20,000 bases of DNA from an uncultured virus (IMG/VR IMGVR_UViG_3300032607_001050). Its lineage: Duplodnaviria > Heunggongvirae > Uroviricota > Caudoviricetes. This document shows positions 14,877-20,000 of this stretch, one piece after another. Location of the stretch: the IMG/VR virus record IMGVR_UViG_3300032607_001050, one strand, 5' to 3'. The notes below the pieces were generated by a model that did no database searches, was not told where the DNA came from, and saw only the letters and a list, made by a program, of their open reading frames with translations. The translations under genes were made by a program, and so were the position numbers. Numbering within the stretch: position 1 is the first letter of the stretch; each line of letters begins with the position of its first letter.

Positions 14877-16563
14877 GGGGACGGCGCTGACGTGGAGAGG
14901 GGACCACCTCGAGCTCGTCGAGCGAAAAATCGCCGCCCAAGGTGTTGCCCAGCTCGAAGCGCCAGTAACGTCCGGCCAGACCCTTGCCGACCTTGACCCG
15001 GCTGCCATGCAGCTGGTCGGCCGGGCGCAGTGCCGGTAGTTCGTAGAGTCGCGCGCTCTGGTCGTCCACTGCCACGCTCAGCTGCAGCGCGGTGCTGGCG
15101 CGGTAACCCAGATAGAGCCGCTCGACGCCCTTATCAAAGGACGAGCCAAAGTCGGTGTTGCCCATACTGACCGTGGCAGCGATGGCCACGCCGGCGTCGC
15201 TGTCGCCCACCAGCTCGAAGATGCCCGCAGCACTGGCACCGAGGTAGGTGCCATTGAAGGCGGCCAGGCTGTTAAACGCAAAGCCGCTGTAGCTCGTGAT
15301 CCGGCTACCGGGGTCGATGGGCCGGCCCGGGCGCTGCGCCGGGGCGCTCGCGCGCAGGGCAACCGCCCCGCTCGACCACAGAGCGATGTAGCGCTCGGCC
15401 TCGGGGATGAATAAGCCGGCCCCAGTGCCCGACGCGGCAAAGTTGTAGCTGCCGCGCGTCAAGTTGTCGATCTCCAGCCCCGGCGTGCCCATGCAGATGC
15501 CCTGCGTGCTCAGCCACAGCGGGATCGGCCGTGCGCCCAGCGAGCCGTCGCCGATGGACACGCCCTCGGCGTAGGCCAGCGTACCGGGAATGGCGCCGTA
15601 ACCGGTCTTGGCCACGTACTGGAAGTCGTCGGGCCCGCTGCCGGCCAGAATGCCGCAGCCGGCGCTGGTGCCGACAAACAGCCCGCCTGCGCCGCCTTTG
15701 TCTTCCAGCGGAGCCAGCAGCGTGATGGGCGCACCCAGGTCAATGTAGTTGCGGAGGTCGAACAGTTCGGGCGCAAACGGCTCGGACATGTAGAGCACGT
15801 TGCCGGCAGCCACGAGCATGTAGCCCTTGTAGTACGCGACCAACTGTCCGGCCGGAGCCGGCTGCAGGAACTGCGTAGCCAACTGAAAAGTCAACGCCGC
15901 CACAGTTGATGCGGTGAGGTCCGAGGTAAGTGTGGTGCGCGGCAGCGTGGCGGCCAGGTAGAGCAGCTCGCCGTTCGGCGTCGTCATGTAGATGTTGCGC
16001 GAGGCCACGCTGGTGTCGGCAAGCGTCGGCAATGTAATTCGGATGCTCTGGTTGCCGGCGACGATCACTTCGGTGGCCAGACCTGCACCCGACTCCTGCC
16101 CGTCCGTGCGCACGCTGGTGATCGCGCACTGGTAGCGGCCGGCCATCAGGCTGCCAGTGACGAGCGCAGCGCCGGGGGCAGCTGGCACGGCCAGGCCCCA
16201 CGACCGCGTTACGCCGGATTCGAACACGCCTGAGATGGCGGCATCGGAGAAATAAACCCGCTCGCCTGCCTGGCAGTAGCTCATGGTGGCACCACTGACT
16301 GAGGACAGCGCGCTGGTGGTGAAGTCGGCGTTGAGGCGCATCAGCTGCGTGCCGGACACAAACAGCGCCTGTGTGCCGCTGGCCCAGAGCGAGTGCGCCG
16401 CCGTGGCGTTGCGCCGGGTAAAACCCTGTCGCCGTGCCAGCCGTCCAGACTTGTCGATATCGACGTTGTCGGCGATCAGCAAGTCAGCGGGCGTGAACCG
16501 CTCGGACTCGACGTTGTTGCGCAGCCCCGAGAACGCCTTGTATTTAACGCCGTCGCTCGCCAT
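14869..16563 (-). CDS. Putative podoviral tail nozzle / tail tubular B-like protein (564 aa)
   Basis: GGAGGT RBS. The N-terminus FSGLRNN...L..ADNVDID..G.L.RRQG, the beta-strand-rich body and the C-terminal DFG...K...R...GRYW.F pattern are typical of beta-propeller nozzle proteins (inference). Confidence 0.6.
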   Translation of the reverse strand: MASDGVKYKAFSGLRNNVESERFTPADLLIADNVDIDKSGRLARRQGFTRRNATAAHSLWASGTQALFVSGTQLMRLNADFTTSALSSVSGATMSYCQAGERVYFSDAAISGVFESGVTRSWGLAVPAAPGAALVTGSLMAGRYQCAITSVRTDGQESGAGLATEVIVAGNQSIRITLPTLADTSVASRNIYMTTPNGELLYLAATLPRTTLTSDLTASTVAALTFQLATQFLQPAPAGQLVAYYKGYMLVAAGNVLYMSEPFAPELFDLRNYIDLGAPITLLAPLEDKGGAGGLFVGTSAGCGILAGSGPDDFQYVAKTGYGAIPGTLAYAEGVSIGDGSLGARPIPLWLSTQGICMGTPGLEIDNLTRGSYNFAASGTGAGLFIPEAERYIALWSSGAVALRASAPAQRPGRPIDPGSRITSYSGFAFNSLAAFNGTYLGASAAGIFELVGDSDAGVAIAATVSMGNTDFGSSFDKGVERLYLGYRASTALQLSVAVDDQSARLYELPALRPADQLHGSRVKVGKGLAGRYWRFELGNTLGGDFSLDELEVVPSPRQRRPHA

Positions 16564-16619
16564 AGCACCTCCCGGGTTTGCGCCGCAGCGCGGTGTAAAT
16601 AAGCCAATGGGCTCGCCAT

Positions 16620-16665
16620 TCTAACTTAGATGACAGATTATAAGGTGTGCCGCGAACGGTCCCAA
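16620..16665 (-). promoter_or_regulatory. Sigma70-like promoter (-35 TTGGGA, 17 bp, -10 TATAAT) with palindrome TCTAAGTTAGA at the expected +1; motif copy 2
   Basis: TATAAT at 16637-16642 (minus), TTGGGA at 16660-16665 (minus) and the palindrome at 16620-16630, about 57 nt upstream of the nozzle gene. Confidence 0.7.
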
Positions 16666-16733
16666 GGCGGACTATTCGCGGCACTGCAGGGGTTGGGTAG
16701 GGCATGAAAAACCCGAATGACGCCCACCCCTGC
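16647..16733. other. Two adjacent GC-rich stem-loops downstream of the lysis cassette
   Basis: GTGCCGCGAA (16647-56) pairs with TTCGCGGCAC (16675-84), with inner GTCC/GGAC pairing. GCAGGGGT (16686-93) pairs with ACCCCTGC (16726-33). Confidence 0.55.
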
Positions 16734-16805
16734 TGGGGCTGGTGCCACTGTTCTTTTTTAACTATCTGACGCTGTCTTCGTCGCTTGCATTTGTTTGTCC
16801 GTTCG

Positions 16806-17030
16806 TTAATTTGCCAGCGCGGCAGACCGGCAATCCCGGTACTGGTTCGCTGTCTCCACTAGCTTGACTACCGTAGCACCAAAGCTGTCATCAAGGAGTG
16901 GCGACAGCTCTGGGCAACTTGAAACCACCAACGGTGTCGGCTGACTGGCCGGTGAGCGCGGCGTTGATGCGAGACAGCCCGCCAGCAGTGTTGACGCAAT
17001 CACGATAGACAGGGTTGTTTTCAACTTCAC
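16806..17030 (-). CDS. o-spanin (Rz1-like outer-membrane lipoprotein, 74 aa; GTG start)
   Basis: GAGGT RBS before GTG 17030. Signal peptide KLKTTLSIVIASTLLAGC with LAGC lipobox, Pro-rich region and further Cys residues. Overlaps the i-spanin in another frame. Confidence 0.8.
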   Translation of the reverse strand: MKLKTTLSIVIASTLLAGCLASTPRSPASQPTPLVVSSCPELSPLLDDSFGATVVKLVETANQYRDCRSAALAN

Positions 17031-17250
17031 GGCGTACCTCTTGGACGATGGTGGTGTTCTTGGGTCGATTCCCGGCAATGGCTTTGGCAGCACCTTGCTG
17101 AGCTGCCTCTCTGGTTTCACGAACAATGGCGTCGGCCTTGGCATTGAAAGCAACTACGCTGTCTGCGCCCGAGTTGTAGGAGAAGTAAGACGCACTGCCT
17201 ACGGAGGCTAGCCACCCTGCGGCGATGACGGACAGCAGGTAGGGGTTCAT
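16891..17250 (-). CDS. i-spanin (Rz-like)
   Basis: N-terminal TM helix, helical periplasmic part and a C-terminal Cys (YRDC); directly downstream of the endolysin. Confidence 0.8.
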   Translation of the reverse strand: MNPYLLSVIAAGWLASVGSASYFSYNSGADSVVAFNAKADAIVRETREAAQQGAAKAIAGNRPKNTTIVQEVRREVENNPVYRDCVNTAGGLSRINAALTGQSADTVGGFKLPRAVATP

Positions 17251-17263
17251 TGATGGATCCAGT

Positions 17264-17791
17264 TCACGCCAACACCTCTGTGGCTACCGCGTACCGTGCT
17301 TGCCTGTCGGCCAGCCCGTTTATGCCGCCGTTGATTCGTTTCGTTGCTTTGAGGAAGTCACCTGCGTCGGCAATCTCATTAAGCCCGTGCTTCTTCCACC
17401 ACCAGGCTGCGCTCAGGGCTGCATAACCTGGCTTTCCGAGTAACTCGGGGGTAGATATGAAGTCGATGCCCAAGGCATCAGACAGCTCTTGGTAGTTATG
17501 CCGTCCAGTGATCTGGATCAAACCCCGACCACGGAAACGAGCGCCGTCACCTGTTTTGTTATTGCCCAAGTCAGCCCTGCCTTCGTAGCGCGACTGAGCT
17601 GGAGTTGGCCCCCAGATCTCTACGGCGTACTTGAAGCCGCCACTTTCATGGCCTACTTGTGCCAGGAACATGGCTTGTCTTGCTGAAGTATTTATGTCGT
17701 ACTCCAGCATGGACGCCTCGATGTACGGATGCCATTCCTCAGCACGGTCGATCCGAGCACCAGAAGCCAGAGCTAGTTGCTTTGGGGTCAT
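17264..17791 (-). CDS. Endolysin, glycoside hydrolase family 19 (chitinase-like)
   Basis: Motifs AMFLAQVGHESGG, RFRGRGLIQITGRHNY, SAAWWW and TKRINGG. Confidence 0.93.
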   Translation of the reverse strand: MTPKQLALASGARIDRAEEWHPYIEASMLEYDINTSARQAMFLAQVGHESGGFKYAVEIWGPTPAQSRYEGRADLGNNKTGDGARFRGRGLIQITGRHNYQELSDALGIDFISTPELLGKPGYAALSAAWWWKKHGLNEIADAGDFLKATKRINGGINGLADRQARYAVATEVLA

Positions 17792-18141
17792 ACGGGCGGC
17801 CAGCCGTCCATGATGGGCATAACAAGCCCTGGCTGTTGGTGAATAAAGGACTCGAGCTGGTAAATACGGCGGCGATACAGCGCCAGTTCCGCGGCCTGCT
17901 CCTGCTTTAACGTCAGCAACTCTGCGGCCCGCTCCTGCTTAAGCGACAGCAGTTCTGCTCGGAGGCTGGAGATTTCCTGTTGCAGTCTCGAGTTGAGCTC
18001 GTCTCTGGCCTCGGATTCACGCAACGCCGAAGCAGTGTCCTTGGCATCCAGATGAGCCAGCAACCACTTACCACCCCCACCGATTACCAGCAGGAAGCTG
18101 CCCAGCGAACCTATAAGTAAGGTGAGTGATTCGGCGCTCAT
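17788..18141 (-). CDS. Holin/antiholin-like membrane protein (single N-terminal TM plus coiled coil, 117 aa)
   Basis: One TM helix followed by a coiled coil, immediately upstream of the endolysin with an ATGA overlap. Confidence 0.55.
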   Translation of the reverse strand: MSAESLTLLIGSLGSFLLVIGGGGKWLLAHLDAKDTASALRESEARDELNSRLQQEISSLRAELLSLKQERAAELLTLKQEQAAELALYRRRIYQLESFIHQQPGLVMPIMDGWPPV

Positions 18142-18221
18142 GAGCCGGCCCAGTCCGTGAAAATAACATGAGCGGTAGCTGCGCCTGCGAGTAGTTTGTC
18201 GAGCTTCATGAAAAGGTTCAT
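18138..18221 (-). CDS. Possible 27-aa mini-ORF or gene remnant MNLFMKLDKLLAGAATAHVIFTDWAGS
   Basis: Fills the gap between the fibre gene and the holin-like gene, and its TGA overlaps the next ATG (ATGA). No clear RBS. Confidence 0.35.
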   Translation of the reverse strand: MNLFMKLDKLLAGAATAHVIFTDWAGS

Positions 18222-18248
18222 AGTAGTAAAGCCAGCTAGAGTTTTGGG

Positions 18249-20000
18249 TTAAAAGTTACAGCCGAAGAACAAGCTCGACTTGGGACGTTGGACCACAACA
18301 AGGCCAACCGACAACGACGCTGACGCCGAGGCCGCCGCGTACATCGTTGCGGCCAGCACGGAGGCTGTCGCCACTGCGGCAGTTATTGTCGAACTGGCGG
18401 TCAGGGCCGAAGCCAGCCGAGCGTTTTTAGATATGGCGGCGACCACCGCTGCCGCTGCCGCCATTGAAGTCGCAAGAGGCTTGCTAACAGATAAGCCCGC
18501 CGACATGGTGGCCGTCACGGAAGCAGTAGCTGCCAGCGGCTTTGACCCTGACGTGGCGGCTAATATGTCCGCCGTCACAGCGGCTACTGCGGAAGCAGTA
18601 GCTGCCAGTGGCTTTGCGACTGACGTGGCAGCCGTCACAGCGGCTACTGCGGAAGCGCTAGAAGCTAGCGGCTTTGACACTAGCGTGGCGACTGATATGT
18701 CCGCCGTCACAGCGGCTACTGCGGAAGCAGTAGCTGCCAGTGGCTTTGCGACTGACGTGGCAGCCGTCACAGCGGCTACTGCGGAAGCGCTAGAAGCTAG
18801 CGGCTTTGGCCCCGACGTGGTGCCTGAACTAGCAACCGTGTATGTGATGACTACAAGCCCTGATGAGCCTGCGCCTGCGCTGATACTTCCTGCGCCGCCG
18901 CCTGCGCCGTAACCGCCGCCTGCGCCGCCTTTGCCGCCCAGTGTCGTATTTGCGCCTGCGCCGCCGCCGCCAGCGCCGGGGCCGTAATTAACGCCGTTGA
19001 CTTGCCAGCCGGGGACGACGTCAAATTGGCTACCCGCAGCGCCGTCTCGCCTGGTTGTGACTGTGGTCGACGAATTGTTGCCGGCGCCGCCGCCAGAGCC
19101 GAGCGTGCCAGCAGCTGCAAGTAGCGACGATGTGGACCCGAGGCCGCCCGAGGTACCGCCCGAAGACTTACCTCCGGCACCGCCCACTGTTGACGCTCCA
19201 ATTGAACCCGCTGTGGCCAGCAGGCCGTTAGAGCCGCCGCCGCCGCCGCCGCTACCAGACGTACCAGTTGCATATGCGCTGCCGCCAGCCATGCCGACCC
19301 CGTCACGGCCCGCTGCGCCGCCGCCGCCGCCGCCCTTGAGCTTGACAGTTGTAGCCGTGGTCAGAACGGACAAACCGCCAGCACCGCCTGCGAACATCTT
19401 GGCGGGGGTGCCGACACTGGCAGCAACCGAACCGCCCACACCACTACTCGCACCAGCGGCCGAAACACCTTGATCGGCAGCGGTCGGTGCTGACGGAGCT
19501 GCGGGGATGGAGGTGTTGGAGAACCTGAACCAAGACTTGTCAGTCGAGCCGTAGGCTAACGCTGCGGGTACGTACGCATACCCGGCGGTAGACCCCTCAA
19601 TAGTAGTGGTCGTGCCTGCGGCATACGCGCCGCCGCCACCGCCGAAGTTTGATGCAGCACCGCCGAAGTACCCGCTAGAACCCGGCCCGATAGCTTCAGC
19701 AGTCAGGGACGTAATACCGGCAGGGAGGTAGACATCTTGGGATGATGTAAATACCTGCGTGTACTGACCGGCTACTGGCTGCGGCGTGTACGTGATGATG
19801 ATCATGCCCTGGCCTAGCGTGCCCAAGCCGCCGCCGCCTGGGCCACCGGCTAAAGCGACACCGCCAGAACTGCCGCCGCCATTACCGCCGCCAACGCCGT
19901 GCGATACATTCAGGTAATCAGTCCAGATACCGGCGTCTAAGCTTCCGTTACCGCCGACACTGTAATACTCTTGACTGCCGCCGCCGCCGCCGCCGCCAAC
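18249..20000 (-). CDS. Gly-rich tail-fibre/adhesin-like protein; 5' end lies outside the window
   Basis: The frame stays open from 20000 (VGGGGGGSQEYYSVGGNG...) through the ORF-track start at 19826. Two tandem Gly-rich modules each end in G..G.IIITY/VVITY, followed by Ala/Ser/Thr repeats. Confidence 0.75.
   Translation of the reverse strand, partial: VGGGGGGGSQEYYSVGGNGSLDAGIWTDYLNVSHGVGGGNGGGSSGGVALAGGPGGGGLGTLGQGMIIITYTPQPVAGQYTQVFTSSQDVYLPAGITSLTAEAIGPGSSGYFGGAASNFGGGGGAYAAGTTTTIEGSTAGYAYVPAALAYGSTDKSWFRFSNTSIPAAPSAPTAADQGVSAAGASSGVGGSVAASVGTPAKMFAGGAGGLSVLTTATTVKLKGGGGGGAAGRDGVGMAGGSAYATGTSGSGGGGGGSNGLLATAGSIGASTVGGAGGKSSGGTSGGLGSTSSLLAAAGTLGSGGGAGNNSSTTVTTRRDGAAGSQFDVVPGWQVNGVNYGPGAGGGGAGANTTLGGKGGAGGGYGAGGGAGSISAGAGSSGLVVITYTVASSGTTSGPKPLASSASAVAAVTAATSVAKPLAATASAVAAVTADISVATLVSKPLASSASAVAAVTAATSVAKPLAATASAVAAVTADILAATSGSKPLAATASVTATMSAGLSVSKPLATSMAAAAAVVAAISKNARLASALTASSTITAAVATASVLAATMYAAASASASLSVGLVVVQRPKSSLFFGCNF
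18563..18808. repeat. Exact 114-bp direct repeat (18563-18676, 18695-18808; 132-bp period) built from about 60-bp subunits
   Basis: The two copies are identical. The sub-motif GCCGTCACAGCGGCTACTGCGGAAGC occurs at 18571, 18631, 18703 and 18763 and encodes part of the KPLAxxASAVAAVTA units. Confidence 0.92.

Larger units (their letters stand above)
1..20000. mobile_element. Prophage / temperate podovirus-like phage segment (att end, accessory genes, virion and lysis modules)
   Basis: att features at the left end, a GH19 endolysin with spanins, a tail-fibre-like gene and large ejection-type proteins. No tail sheath, tail tube or typical tape-measure gene is recognisable in the window. Confidence 0.85.

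Noticed and set aside
14877..15008. Extended N-terminus of the 346-aa ORF
   Set aside because: It overlaps the nozzle gene by 140 nt; the coupled ATG at 14876 is more plausible.
17031..17153. Extended N-terminus of the 115-aa ORF (o-spanin frame)
   Set aside because: The lipoprotein signal requires a start near GTG 17030, which has its own RBS.
18511..18808. CRISPR-like array or DGR template/variable repeat
   Set aside because: The repeats are in-frame coding units whose intervening sequences also repeat. There are no adenine-specific mismatches, and no cas or reverse transcriptase gene in the window.
18280..19473. Plus-strand Ala-rich and Pro-rich ORFs (18280-18912, 18997-19473)
   Set aside because: They are reverse-complement readouts of the Ala and Gly codons of the fibre gene.

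Overview
This window looks like one end of a temperate, podovirus-like prophage, probably from a GC-rich betaproteobacterial host (inference). The extreme left carries an attachment site: the 3' half of a tRNA-Val(TAC) on the minus strand, an exact IHF consensus site and two arm-type direct repeats. Next is a small plus-strand accessory cluster of four short genes (one missed by the ORF track) with a terminator, then an AT-rich, strand-asymmetric, origin-like element. The rest is a minus-strand virion and lysis module. Read from the right, it holds a Gly-rich tail-fibre-like gene (runs off the window), a holin-like gene, a GH19 endolysin, overlapping i-/o-spanins, a tail nozzle-like protein, two further virion proteins, a 700-aa ejection-type protein and a 2886-aa polyvalent protein. 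The giant protein carries, in tandem, a putative SLOG-like domain, an ADP-ribosyltransferase-like domain with a large insert, and an HExxH zincin peptidase. A 25-bp motif (a -10 box followed by a TCTAA-S-TTAGA palindrome) recurs upstream of two virion genes. All family assignments come from motif recognition by eye, with no database searches.
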